Notes: a model not told the origin generated them from the sequence alone. 64,000 bases of DNA from the human T2T-CHM13v2.0 reference genome, Homo sapiens (GCF_009914755.1 NC_060925.1); one strand, 5' to 3'. Positions 25,496 to 38,644 are shown, counted from the first letter of the stretch. Translations and numbers: made by a program.

Positions 25496-26220
25496 ATGCA
25501 GGTTCTTCCTTCGACTCTGAAGAGCTCACATTCCAAATTTGTCAGTAACTGTTTTTTTGTTTTATAGAATATCTCACAGAGTAAGAAGCTCAGAGCTTCA
25601 GACAAGTGAGGAGATAACACTGCATATGTAATTCTGTCAGAATCCCAAGCCAAGAGTTTGTGATGCTGAGCTGAGAGAGCATAGGGCCTCTCAGTGTTAC
25701 TGAGTGTGTGTGTGTGTGTGTGTTTGTGTGTGCGTTGTGCATCTGTGCATGTAACCCACGGGCAACAGGGAATATGAAGTGGTCTACAGTAGACACTGGT
25801 GGGCCTGTCCCAAAGGCGTCACATGTGGCGTGCACATGTTCATCACCATCCCTGAACCAATCTGGAGAAGCAGGGTCCTGTGACTGTCTTACTGAAGGCT
25901 CCCACCCAGGGCTTCACTCTATGTATAGGGAATAAATCAAGCTTAAGGTAATGAACTGCTGGGGGCAGGTAACAAATCTCAGGGAAAGATGGATCCCTGT
26001 GAGCTACATTTGGATGTGCAAAGCCACCAAAAGAATAATAAACAAGGAGGGACATTCACAAAGACATAGCCCTGAGAACAAGGAGAGTGGGGGCTGAGAT
26101 GTACCAAGAGGGGATCCTGATGAAGGATTAAGCTCCTTGGGTAATTTTCTTCCATCAGCTAGGTGAAAAATGGCACCGAGCTGCAGCGCTACGTTTTCCA
26201 TTCTATGAGATAACTCCATC

Positions 26221-26665
26221 TGTGCTTCTTTTCTAGGGCTGTGGCAGCAAAGTACCACAAACCGGGTGGCTTAAAATGACAGAAATGTATTGTCTCATAG
26301 TTGCGGAGGCTGGAGGTCCAAACTCAAGTTGTCAGCAGGGCGGTGCTTCCTCTGCAACCTGTGGAGGGGATGCTCACTCACCTCTCCCAGCCCCTAGTTG
26401 CTGCCAATCCTTGGCATTTCCTGGCTTGCGGCTGCAGCACCTCAGTCCCTGCCTCTACTGCTCCATTGCCTCTCTTTCCCCCATGTCTATCTGTGTCCAA
26501 ATTTCCCTTCCTCATAAGGACATTTTTCACTGGATTAGGGCCCAAACCTAATCCAGTGTGACCTCATCTTGACTTGACTACATCTCTAAAGATTTTATTT
26601 CCAAAAAAGGTGACAGTCACAGGTAATAAACATGTCTTTGAGGGGACACAATTCAATCCATCTCA
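26221..26665 (-). mobile_element. MLT1C-like MaLR LTR
   Basis: aaagtaccacaaaccgggtggcttaaaa...tgtgtccaaatttcccttc...ggggacacaattcaatcc. Confidence 0.85.
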
Positions 26666-26900
26666 TCACCGATTACCCTAGCCTTTTGGTAAACCTCACA
26701 CAGCCTAGAGTTGTACTGTGAAGAGAAAGAGACAGAACCACAGAGGAAGTGTAGCCTGCCTCCCACCCCTCTCCACTGTGGCGGGAGAGAGGGGTTCTAT
26801 TTAAACCAGCTTGGGAGATGCTGTGAAGAGCAATAGCAACTGCCTCATGTACTCCTTCTCCTCCCCCATATAATTTAGAGGGTAATGACCCTTAGAAGGG

Positions 26901-26901
<1 letters not shown>

Positions 26902-26934
<33 letters not shown>
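26902..26934. repeat. (TG)n microsatellite
   Basis: About 16 perfect TG units. Confidence 0.95.
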
Positions 26935-26937
<3 letters not shown>

Positions 26938-28954
26938 ATTTGCACTGGTCTTATTCCACCTCCATCCCCAGAAAATCATAAACCTCTAGGGAACAGAACG
27001 GTGCCTGGCTCTCATGTGTATTCTCTATATTCCAGGTGCAAGCTGCTGCACTCAATAAATATTTGTAAAATTGAATGGAATGAACCTAAATTGAGTTGTG
27101 GGGAACAAATCATGCCAACACTCCTTTGGCCTTGGAAAGTAAAAAGAAGGGAATTTGTTAAGAGAAAGGCCAGGGCTGGGAAAGGAGAGAAAATGATTCC
27201 CCCGAAGTACTGATGAGGCCAGCCATGTCGATAGCTCTTCTTCTAGCATGTTACTAACTTTTCAAAGGTTCCATCTCTCTTTGTCCTCTCAATAAGGACA
27301 TCTGTCCAGCTCCCTCTCTATGTTGTTTGAAATTATAAAAGTGTCACCTCCACTGAAGACCCTTCTGTTACCACATGACTGCTGGTGTCCCTCAGGCGCC
27401 CCCCGCAATGATGCTCCTGTCACTGTTAGTACCCGAAAAGTAACAGTGTTGCCACTAACGCCCGGCTCACACCTCTGCAGCATCACTGACTCCCACCAAG
27501 CACCAAGGCCACCACCACTACCAATGTCACCAGCTTTCTGTGGAAGCCAGCACCACTGCCCCAAGCCTGCAACTCCTGTTAGCAAAGCTGCTGCCAAAGC
27601 AGCTGCCCCAGCCCTGAGGCTACTACCATGCTGGGCTCTCCATGCTTCTTGGAGAACATAGAAATACTGCTTCAGGCATCTATAATGCCTGTCTGGCAGC
27701 CCCCTCACCCTAAGGCCCAGCACAGGACCATGGGGATGAAGGCATCCTGAGCAGAAGACCACACTAGTCTCTGGTCGCCCCTCCATGCTGCGATGGCCCA
27801 CTGTCCTTGACCCAAGCACAGCTGCTGCATCCTTCCTCCAGTCAGATTTAGTCCTGACCCGGATCTCAGGCCCTGCAGACCTCTTTGTGGGACTTCCCAG
27901 CAAGCCTGAATCCTGCAGCAGACCCCGATAAAACCAAAGCTGGAAATCTAACACATCAAAGCTTAATTTTTGCCTAACATGTATTCTAGGTAAAAAAGCT
28001 AAGCCTAGTGGCAGGGCCCAAGAGCAAGCAGGACAAGGTTAGCCAGCAGCTCTAACAAGGATCAAGCTTTGGGCAACAGAGAATCTCTGTGGCTCCATTT
28101 TCTTTTTCCCATTTGGCCTTTCTAAGAACTCTGAATGTGTTTCCCGTAGTCATCGTCCTCGCTTTGGGAAATTGATTAAGAGCAAAGGCCAGGGCCTTGA
28201 TACAATCAGAAATAGCCCAAATTGTGTGGGACAAAGTGAAAACTGCAATGCAGGCAGCCTGCTGGCTTTGCCACAACCATACCCAAGGCTGAGTGCAATC
28301 CATTTTATCAAGCTCTATATATTCACTTTTTTAAAGAAATAAAGAAGCTCCAGTATCCTACCAGTACCCCCCGCCACCTCCTCTTATGATATCAAAGTGT
28401 TCAAGGCCACAGCAGGCCCTTAGGCTTGGGCTGTCCTTGACTGGAGCTCTCTGTGGCTGATGCCTCCTTCTTTGAGGGACAAACCACAACATGACTGAAG
28501 GTCTCTATAGAGCTGTGAAGAGCTCTAAGGGTGCATCATAATCTTAACAATGGGTCAGACTCAACCATCCCTCCCCACAGCCCCACTTGACTCAGGGATC
28601 AATGCACAGGAAGGCCATGGGAGCTGGCTGGAGGACTCTCAGGTCCTCCTTCTATACTCAGAAGAGGCACTTAATGGAGAGAATGAAGTCACGTGCACAA
28701 CAGTGATAGGAATGGAAAGACTTTGAAATAAATATGTCTTTTAACAAAAAGGGAGATCTCACTCTGTGTCCACCCAGTGCTAAGTTCTGTGCCTAAGAGA
28801 TGCAGAATGTGTAAGACATGGCCTCCTGTCTTCAAGAAGTGCTTTCTTCTTGAGGGCATTTAATGACCAACAGTGATCCATGGAACACCAGAAAGAATAA
28901 TTTAAAAATGGACACACAGAAGGGCCCAGCATTCACCTTTCAGTTGTTTGTGTG

Positions 28955-29296
28955 TTTTAATAGACTTTATGTTTCAGATCAGTGCTAGGATCATAGCAAA
29001 ATTGAGCACAGGTACAGAGATTTCCCATATACCTCCTCTCCCCACACATGCGCAGCTTTCCCTGCTATCAATATACATCACCAGAGTGGTGCATTTGTTC
29101 CAGCTGATGAACCTACCTTGACTCATCACCATCACCCAGGGTCCATAGTTGACATTAGGGGTCCCTCCTGGTGTTGCACATTCTATTGGTTTGGGCAAGT
29201 GTGCAATGACAGGCATCTACCATTACAGAATCATACAGAATAGTTTCACAGCGCTAAAAATTCTCTGTGCTCCACCTATTCATCCTACCTTTCCAC
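28955..29296 (-). mobile_element. L1MC-type LINE-1 3' fragment
   Basis: gcaaaattgagc...tacagagatttcccatatacc...ccagagtggtgcatttgtt...catacagaatagtttcac. Confidence 0.85.
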
Positions 29297-29528
29297 TTTT
29301 ACTTATAAGAGTTTGCTTCAATGAAAACAACAACAACAACAACTGGGAAGTAGCTTTTCCTGTTCTTGATTCATTCTGAACAACTCCTTGGGGAATGGGC
29401 TATGGAGAGTTGGCCCCAGGAAATTGGATGCTGTTAATGCCGACGTGAAGTAAACAGATTGGAGAGTCGGGTTTCACCTCATTTGAAGGTTTTAACTGGT
29501 GAGAACCCTACTTAAGTAGGTACCTTCC

Positions 29529-29923
29529 TGTTGTGGGTTGAATCATGTCCCCCAGAAAGACAAGTCCTACCCCCGATATAATCAAGCTAAGAGGAGGTCA
29601 TTCTAGATGAGAGTGGTTCCTGATCCAATGACTAGTGACCTTATAAGAAAAGGGAAATTTGGACACAGAGACACACAGGCAGAGTGCCATGTGATGACGG
29701 AGGGAGAGCCTGGAGTGATAAAGCTGCAAGCCAAGGAACACCAAAGATTGCTGGTAATTACCAGGAGCCAGGCAGAGGCAAGGGAGCCCTTCCTCCAGTG
29801 CCTTCAGAGGGAGCGTGGCCCTGTCAACACCTTGATTTTGGACCTCTGGTCATCATAAAAGTGAGATGACAAATTTCCATCATTTTAAGCTACCCTTGTC
29901 ACGGCAGCCCAGGACACCCATAT
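29529..29923 (+). mobile_element. MLT1C-like MaLR LTR
   Basis: tgttgtgggttgaatcatgtcccc...ccttataagaaaagggaaatttggacacagagac...caagccaaggaacaccaaagattgctgg. Confidence 0.85.
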
Positions 29924-31559
29924 GCTTCCCAACCTCTACTTCCCTGTCCCTGCCCCTCAACTCCACACACGCCCCCAATGCTGGTGACGCTTCTGTTGTT
30001 TTAAAGCAGAGACTTGGAACTGCTTCCTGCCTGGCCAAGATTTCCTCACTCCTCACACAGGGCCCTTGATCCTGGAGCAGTCTCTTGTGGCAGAGAAACA
30101 TGAAGATGGTCAAAGCAGCCAGAAGAGACACCTCCAGGGTGCCTGAGGAGCAAACAACTGAGATAACAGTGAGCGAAGATGCCACCAAAAAACATACTGC
30201 GGCTAACCTGACACAGAGGAAACAGACTCTTGAGAGAACAGCATTTTATTTGTTCCAAGCTGGGACAGCCCCCAGCTAGGCCTCCCAGGACCGTTTCCCT
30301 TCCTCTGAGGCTAGGAGAGCCCCTGGTGAGGGGAAGTAGCACCCTTCTCCATGCCAGGGCAGACAGCCTTGGAAGGTGGATGTCACTTACAGGGAGAACT
30401 CTCAGGTGCCTCCTCAGCTCCCACTCCCATCCCACATTGGCAGTTGAGGCCTCTCAGCACTCCCTTGTGAGTCTAGCCACACCCTTTCATAAAAGCACAG
30501 GCTCAGTTGAAATTAAAGAGATTCTCAGAGCACAAAAAAACTCAGCCAGTGAAAACCCAGCCACCTGCACAATTGATAGGGCCCAGAGGCTTGGTTTCAT
30601 TGTCTATGTGGAATTTATTTGCATTGATATTCCCCTCCAAACTAATTGGCATACTTATAAATACCAGCCTATTCCCTAACTCACTAAGTGACAATAAGAA
30701 GTCAAGGGACTCCACGTCCAATTCAAGCTCTCCTAAGACAGAGCTGCCTTCCCCTCTTCACTACTCGCAGTGCCTCACACCGGGGGAGCTCAGCAATGCT
30801 GCCAATTGGCAGGTTAGGTGAATTGAATTATGGGGAAGCACAAAGTCAACACATCCAAGGAGGTATTGCACAGAGCCAGGGTGTTTATTTACCTCCCTCG
30901 TGCCAAGAGATCTGCATCATATTTAGAAACCCATTTTGGCAGAATAATAGTGAAAAGAAAAAAATTCACTGAGAACTCCATTAGTCCAACACCTTCATTT
31001 TGCAGCCCAGAGAAGTGACATAATTTGCTAAAGCCATACAACCACCTATGGAAAGACAGGGACTTGAACCTAGTTTCCTTGACTCCTAGTCCAGTGGTCT
31101 TTCTGGAACTGAAAGAGAGAAAGGGAAACAATGTGTACTTTGATGAACCAAGGACAAGAAGCAATAGGGATACTCAGGCCCAGGAGGACATTGAGAAACT
31201 GGCACTCAATTTGCCAATTTGATAACCCTGGCCAAGAGCCCCCTTTTCACCCTTACTAGGTCATCCCCTAGTCACTAAGCCAAATGGGGGCATTGCCTAT
31301 ATGCTTGTTGCCTGAGAAAGTGACTCTTAGGGGGTTAATATAGTTGTCCAAGCCACATTAAATCCAGAAAGTACTGTTGATCTGCTCCTTGGTGTTATGA
31401 TGACCAAAAAGGAAAGCTCCAACTTTTTGTGCTTATTGTTGGATATCTAGGCATTCAGGGCCCTCTACAATCTGATTCCAATCTCCCTATTCAACCTTGC
31501 CTCTCTGGGAGGTGTAGATGTGTAAATTGTTTTACTGTCCAGCTTTCATCCCTCTTCTT

Positions 31560-31985
31560 ATATTCATTTAAAGTAATGCTAGCTAGTAACAGGTAAACCT
31601 CAAAATTATTAATATAATAAGCATGTTTCTTTTTTTCACCTAACAGACCAGACAGGCTGAATTGCATCTCCTCCAGGATGTAATTCAGAGATCTAAGCTC
31701 CTCTATCTTGCAGAGAAGCACCTTCAACATGTGGCTCTCAAGAAGATATTGGGTAATCATCTGCATTGCAGCCGGCCAGAGGGGAAAGGAGCATGGAAGA
31801 GCATACCTGGGAATTTGCATGGGAGTGGCGCATGGGATATGGCTTCACTTCCACTCATATTCATTGGTTAGAACTCAGTCACATGTCCACACCCAAATAC
31901 AAGGGAGGCTGGGACATACAGTCTAGTTCTGTGCCTAGGAAGAAGAAGAAGGAGCTTTGTTAATTAACTGGTAGTTTCTGCTACC
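31560..31985 (-). mobile_element. Old MaLR LTR (MLT1I/J/K-like)
   Basis: cacttccactcatattcattggttagaactcagtcacatgtccacaccc...caagggaggctggga. Confidence 0.65.
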
Positions 31986-32254
31986 TGTCCCAAATTACTT
32001 ATGTGTACTTAATCTTTTCCTTATTTTGTGGAATTGACAGAAGGATGATTTTTAGTTCTCCCTCTCACTGGCCACCTCCCACTATGGAAGCCAAGGGATC
32101 CAGCAACTTCCTCTACAACATGCACAGCCCAGGACCAAATATGTGACTTAAGCTCAGCCAATCACTTATTTTCTATCAGGATATTGAATCTTGAAACAAA
32201 GGCACAAAAGATGCAACAAAAGACAGAGTGCTTGGAGGTCATTCTGATTACACA

Positions 32255-32584
32255 ATGGTGGTGGTGATAGTGATGGTGATGGTGGTGGTGATGGTGATGA
32301 TGGTGGTGGTGGCAATGGTGATGATGTTGATGGTGGTGGTGATGGTGATGGTGGTGATGGCAGTAGTGGTGGTGATGGTGATATTGGTGATGGCAGTAGT
32401 GGTGGTGATGGTCATGGTGGTGGTGATGGTGATCATGGCGGTGGTGCTGGTGATGGTGGTGATGGTGAAAATGATGGTGGTGATGGTGGTGATGTGGTAG
32501 TGATGGCGATAGTAGTGTTAGTAGTGATGATGGTGGTGGTGGTAGTGGTAGTGATGATGGTGGTGGTAGTGGTGATGGTGGTGA
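32255..32584. repeat. Compound (GTG/ATG/GTA)n trinucleotide repeat, ~330 bp
   Basis: atggtggtggtgatagtgatggtgatg... throughout; source of the poly-V/M and poly-T/I ORFs. Confidence 0.95.
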
Positions 32585-33450
32585 CCTCTAGTGAACACTG
32601 AGATGTCCAGTGCATAAGCAGAGCCCAGGTTTGTGCCTTTACTTCTGTTTTCCACACCCACTCCACTTATCCTTCTTGCCGTGGTGCCATGTGTTTACTT
32701 TTAGCATCTAAATATCACCACCTTGTTTCGCAGTAGAAAGAAAGTCTGAGAATGACTGTGCCGGGCAGAAAGAGCTATCCCTTGGAAATCACATAATACT
32801 CGCACCACCTGTTGCCACCGATGACTGAAGAAATTCAGAAGATCTCACCTTTATTATAATCCCTTTATTTTCAAATGAGAGGAAAGTAAGTGGCAAAAAT
32901 TTAAAGACTTCAAACCTAGTAAGTGATGGGTGGAACAAATATCTTGACTACCCACTGCAGTCACCCACTCCCCTATTTCCACCTCCCTTTGCTTACAGAA
33001 GACTGTCACAATTGGCAGCCTACCCAGTGGCTTGAAGCAATTTAGTGTGAACTTGTTAATCTTAGCATTTAAAGGCAGCATCCCAGTGGCACTCCTCCCC
33101 TCAGTCTCCACAGGCTACTCCACTGTCCTCTCCTCTCCAGAGACCTGGGGTTGATGGGCTGCAGTGTTCAAGTCAAGGGAATGTTTTGGAGAGCAAGGCC
33201 TTCTAAGAGTCTTTCTACTTGGAATGGAGCTGTCTGCCCGTGTTAACTGCCTAGCGTGTGATAGGCACTAGAGATGCCAAAATGAAGAAATTCCAGTCCA
33301 CACTCCATCTCTGAAGTGTATACTTAGATCAAAGTGAAGGCAACGGGTCTGAGGCAGATCGCTCTTCCCTAGAGAGGTGAAGCTGCCCTTCTGGCTGAGG
33401 AAATCTGAAGCAAGAGCGTCACAGAAGGTAAAGTGGAAGCTATCACAGAA

Positions 33451-33787
33451 TGATATGGTTTGGATTTGTGTCCCCACCCAAATCTCATGTCGAATTGGAG
33501 GAGGGGCCTGGTGGGAGGTGATTGAGTAATGGGGGTGGATTCTCCCTTGCTGTTCTTCTGATAGTGTGTGAGCTCTCATGAGATCTGATGGTTTCAAAGT
33601 GTGTGACACTTGCCCCTTCTCTCTCTCTCCTGCCACCACATGAAGAAGGTGCTTGTTTCCTCTTCACCTTCTGCCATGATTGTAAGTTTCCTGAGGCCTC
33701 CCAAGCCATGTCAATTAAACCTCTTTTCTTCGTAAACTACCCAGTTTCAGATAGTTCTATATAGCAGTGTGAGAATGGACTAATACC
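33451..33787 (+). mobile_element. MSTA/THE1-like MaLR solo LTR
   Basis: tgatatggtttggatttgtgtccccacccaaatctcat...ccatgattgtaagtttcctgaggcctcc...gcagtgtgagaatggactaatac. Confidence 0.9.
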
Positions 33788-33804
33788 TAGATACTATTTA
33801 GTCC

Positions 33805-33996
33805 AGAAGTTTTCAAACTTTTAAAAGTGAGAAACCCTGCTTTCAAATGAAATTCCATGTGGAATCCCAATACATAACAGATAAAAGTAGAGTGCTCTCT
33901 TTGAAGTAGGAATAGAAATTCTAGAGCTCTCACTCCACCCTCTTGATGGGCTCACAGGCACTGAGAGTTCCAGGAATGCCAATTTGAAAACCACTG
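33805..33996. mobile_element. hAT-Charlie non-autonomous DNA transposon relic
   Basis: Terminal inverted repeats cagaagttttcaaa ... tttgaaaaccactg, about 190 bp apart. Confidence 0.6.
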
Positions 33997-34001
33997 ATCT
34001 T

Positions 34002-34294
34002 GCCTGGGCACGTGGCTTACACCTATAATCCCAGCACTTTGGGAAGCCAAAGCAGGTGGATTGCTTGAGCCCAGTAGTTCAAGACCAGCCTGGGTAACAT
34101 GGCGAAACCCCATCTCTACTAAAAATACAAAAATTAGTTGGGCATGGTGGCGCACACCTGTGGTACCAGCTACTCTGGAGGCTGAGGTAGGAGAATTGCT
34201 TGAATCGGGAGGTGGAGGTTGCAGGGATCCATGATCATGCCACTGCCTGGGGGACAGAGTGAGACTCCATTTCAAAGAAAAAAAAAGAAGAAAA
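34002..34294 (+). mobile_element. Alu (old S/Jb-like)
   Basis: Dimeric Alu with a small deletion in the right arm and an A-rich tail. Confidence 0.9.
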
Positions 34295-34536
34295 CCACAG
34301 ATGTCATCCAGCTGGTTGCTTATTTCACAGATGAGGGATGCGATACTAGGCATTTTAGCCACATTAGTGACTGGAACCCATGTCTCCTGATCTTCATTTC
34401 TAATCTCTTTCCACCAAGTTTGCCATTTTCTGACTCAGTTTCTTCATCTTTAAAATGGGATAGACCCATCATATCTGCTTCACCCACCGGGGGCTCCCTG
34501 AGGATCAAGGGGGTGTGAAAGCACAATGAAAAGCCT

Positions 34537-34834
34537 AGCCAGGTGCAGTGGCTCACGCCTATAATCCCAGCACTCTGAGAGGCTGAATGTGAGGATCACT
34601 TAGAGCCAAGGAGTCTGAGACCAGCCTGGGAAATATAGTGAGGCCCTGTCTCTACGAAAAAATTAAAAATTAGCTGTGATTGGTGGTGCACACCTGTGGT
34701 CCCAGCTACTGAGGGGGCTGAGGTGGGAGAATCACTTGAGTGCAAGAGGTCAAAGATGCAATGAGCTATAATTGTGCTACTGAACTCCAGCCTGGGCAAC
34801 AGAGTGAGACCTTGTCTCAAAAACGAAAAGAAAA
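34537..34834 (+). mobile_element. AluJ
   Basis: Dimeric Alu; TSD-like aagcacaatgaaaagcct / aaacacagtgaaaagtct. Confidence 0.9.
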
Positions 34835-36296
34835 ACACAGTGAAAAGTCTAAATCTACTGTTATTGCTCCTCTAGAGTAAGGAAATTGTACCCAATGATG
34901 CTTCTTCAACATTCCTTGTTCCCGTTGAAACTATTCCTTCTTCATCTCCAGGTGAGTAGAAGAAAGCCAAGGATCGGGGCTTAGAAACCAATGGGAGGCT
35001 CCCCATAAACAGGGTCTGCAACCTCCGGTACAGAGGGCAGGTGAGTGCTGCAGCAGTGTGCCTCAAAGGAGGCATAGCATCTGAGAAGTGCCCTCCCCTC
35101 TGTCAGAATGTCTCCTTGCTATTTAAAAGGAGCTTTAGGTTTCTCAGAAAAGTCTCAGAAGCCCCATTTTCTTAGTGTTTTTGCTGTGAGGAGCTACTCT
35201 AAGTACCTCAGGGCTGCCTGCTTAGAGCCCAGCTTCCTCATGAAGCTTTATCTTTATATCCCATTGTTTGCCTCCTGGGGAAGATGAGCAGTTTCTTGCC
35301 TAGGGCTTCAATTAACACAGGGTAGGACCAGCAGCCCTGCACCTTTTCTTGAGTGTGAGGGTAAGGCACCCTGCAGGGGCTCCTTGCGATGGAGGAAAGA
35401 TGAGCTTAGAATGCTGCGGCTTAATTCTCAGGGCTGGGAATGGGCAGAGAAGTAAAAGCAGATTCCTCATACTTTCCCTCGTCTGGAGATAAGGGGGCAT
35501 CTAGGAGGATCCAGGCACTTCACTTGTACACCTTCACTTCCAGCTCCAGAGCCTCCCAAGCCTGAGAGGAGCAGGGAGGGCATCTGCAGGGGATGGGACT
35601 AGATGTAGTCAAACCTTTCTCATTGCCCCAGAAGCCCGTACCACGTGACTCACTGTACTCAGGCACAGAACCTTCCCCAGGCACATTCTCGGATCCCGCA
35701 GATTCTGGTAGGAATCACGCAGCGAGAATATTATTAGTTCCACTGACAGATGAGCAAACAGATGCCCACCAAGGGTAGGGGTTTGGCCTGCATCATGTGT
35801 GGGGACTTCAGCAGACATATGCTAGCCGGGGCTTCTACACCCCAATTTAGGACTGTTAATCGTCTGACTGAATATTGTTCCATCCCAACTCTGTGGGAGC
35901 TGTGGATCTGCTCATCTGAGATGGTAAAAGGTGAGAAAGCAAACATGGGGAAAGAGACCTGGAGGGGAGTCCCAGGTTTTCCAAGGCCCTAAGCTAGTTT
36001 TCCCACACCAGCCACACTCAGCACGTTTTATTTGAGTCACAGTGAATCAGACAAGTGTCAGATCCAACAGATCCAGACTGAGGTGGTATCTGAGTGCCTT
36101 AACTCTAGACTTTCCTGAAACTGTGAAGAGGCAGCACCCAAATGGAAGAAGCTATACAAGATGAGTGTGTTTACACCACAGCAAAAGGGATTTAATTTAG
36201 ATTGCAGGAGGAATTCCACAACATCAGGTATGCTGTTTCAAATGGTTTGAAGAAATGATATCTAAATCTCAAAGGCCTGATGATTTCTCTCAATTC

Positions 36297-36298
36297 AT

Positions 36299-36342
<44 letters not shown>

Positions 36343-36683
36343 TTCTTTTCTCTTCTCTTCTCTTTCTCTATCTCTTTCTTTCTTTCTTTTTTTTAGACAG
36401 GATCTCACTCTATCGCCCAAGTGGAGTACAGTGGTACAATTATAGCTTACTGTAGCCTTGATCTGCCAAACTCAAGTGATCCTTCCACCTCAGCCTCCTG
36501 AGTAGCTGGGATTATGAGCACATGACACCACATCTGGCTAATTAAAAATAAAAAAAAAAGTTTAGTAGAGATGTGGTCTCACTATATTGCCCAGGCCGTT
36601 CACAAACTCCTGAGCTCAAGCCATCCTCCTGCCTCGGCCTTCTAAAGTGCTGAGATTACAGGTGTGAGCTGCCACTCCTAGCC
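36297..36683 (-). mobile_element. AluJ with expanded (TTTC)n tail
   Basis: (TTTC)n at 36297-36394, then a reverse-complement Alu ending at ctcctagcc. Confidence 0.9.
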
Positions 36684-38644
36684 TCGAATATTTCTTTAAT
36701 CTGTCTTCCCCTCTCCTAGGTTGAGGGAATTCCTCTTTCACTTAGACAGCAAAGTGAGTCTCCTAACTGCCTCTCATCTTGCTTCCTTCTAAGCTGTCCT
36801 CCACATGGGAGATAGAGGCAGCTGTGAAACCAAGCCTGACCACACCACTCTCCTCCCCAGATCATGACTAAGTTGTTTGCCATGGGGTCCTACACTTTTG
36901 CCTCCCAGCAACACCAGTCTAGTCTCCTGCCCTATTCCATGCTGTTTTCAGCTCTGTGGCTTTGCATATCCTATTCCCTCTGCTTTGAAGCCCTTCTCTC
37001 CTACCTTGCTTCATCCTCTTCTTTACCTGGAAACTCTTACTTATCCTTCAAGACTCAGTGCATGTGTTTCTACCTCTAGAAAGCCCATCCTGGCCACAGT
37101 GGGTTTGATGCCTCCCCTTCAGGTTCACTTGGCACCTGGACACACCTTCACCATTGCCCAGGTCATCCACGTCCTCACTGTCTGGATCTGTCTCCTGATG
37201 TGGCAGTGTTCTTTGAGGGAAGTGAGCCACATTCAACTCATCTTTGATACACAGGGTATGGCCTGAGAGGGGTTTAGTAAGTCTTGGTGGAACTCTTTGG
37301 AACTGAACTCCCTTAGCGTAGGGCAGCCCAGGACCACAGCATGAACTGAGCCCTCCTGGGGCTCCAGTCCCAGGGTTCTGTATGATCATGTGCTATGTGT
37401 GAGGCTCCGTCCTATAGGTCTTTAGGCCCAAAAGGGAGACTTCAAACATCCTCAAGGAATTCCTGAAGCAATGGAAACAAAAATCTTATGAAGAATTATT
37501 AATAATGATGTGATTAAAAGAAATAAGTCTTTCTGAGGGTAAAAGTAACATCTTTTGCTGGGAGGAGGAGATATGAGATTGTTCATTCACCAGAACATTG
37601 AGAGAAGAAGTAAATCCATTTATCTATATTTGAAACAACTATTAGCCCTTTGATCTGGCTCTTCCCTTGGTCAGGTGAGCTTGCTGTGTCTGAAAGATCA
37701 CCAAGCACATGCAGGGCTCAGTTTTCCCAGTAGCACCCCTGGGTCTCCAATGTGGCCAGGGATTTTCTAGTGGGGATTTTTACTGAGGCTCTGAGGCTGT
37801 GGAGCCTGCACGTAAAGGGGTGGGGTGGGAAGAGGTTGAATTTAAAGACACAAATGAGATATCTTGACTTTGTTTTCTGATCAAGATGTGAAAAGCCCTT
37901 GTTTTGCACCTGCTTGTAGCATGGCTGATTTCACTGGGGGAGAATACTCGATGGCAGGGACTCCAGTCGGTTGGCCTCTGCTCTTGCTTCTGCTCTATGA
38001 GCTCACTGGCTGCTTTGTCCATGTCACGATCTGGCCACCAGTGCAAATGATCCAATCACTTCCCCTGCTCCAGAGCAATAGCCACAAGAAAGGAGCCCTC
38101 AGGGTCACGTTTGAGAGGGTCCTCTCTGCCTCAACCACATTGGGGGCTCACTCTCCTCAAGAGCTTGGACGTATCTTTAGTGTAAAATATCGTGGTTTGG
38201 TTTTGCCTTTGTAAAAAGGCAGAGAACTAAAATTAGCAGCCTGTCTGGAACACATTCCCCAGGGTGTCTCTACCCTTTAGAGAGAATGCAAGAGAAATGC
38301 CTCCCTAAGCAAGAGCAATCCACCCACAGGGGTGTGGGGACCAGACTTCATACCTCCCTTTCTCTGACAGAAGCTGTCTGCTGGCATGGGACTTCAACAG
38401 AGAAAACAGCAACTGCATCCTTTCCACTCCCATGCTCAAGATCCAGCAGTGAGTTCCTGTTGCCTTTAAAACTCAACCTACTTAGAAGGACCTGCAAGGG
38501 CCTCTAGAATCTGACCTCTATTGATGAACATTCATTTAATAAATAGTGACTGACTACTTGCCCTTGTAGCAGCCTGATACCAAACGCTGTGATGCAGAGG
38601 TGAAACCACAGTCTTTTCCTTCAGAGAGTGCACAGTGTGGTGGG

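Noticed and set aside
32228-32666. Poly-V/M and poly-T/I ORFs resembling membrane or mucin proteins
   Set aside because: Translations of the GTG/ATG simple repeat.
32801-32819. Second CTCF-like motif (minus GGCAACAGGTGGTGCG), and another at ~24422-24440
   Set aside because: Several mismatches at informative positions; not supportable without a PWM score or ChIP data.
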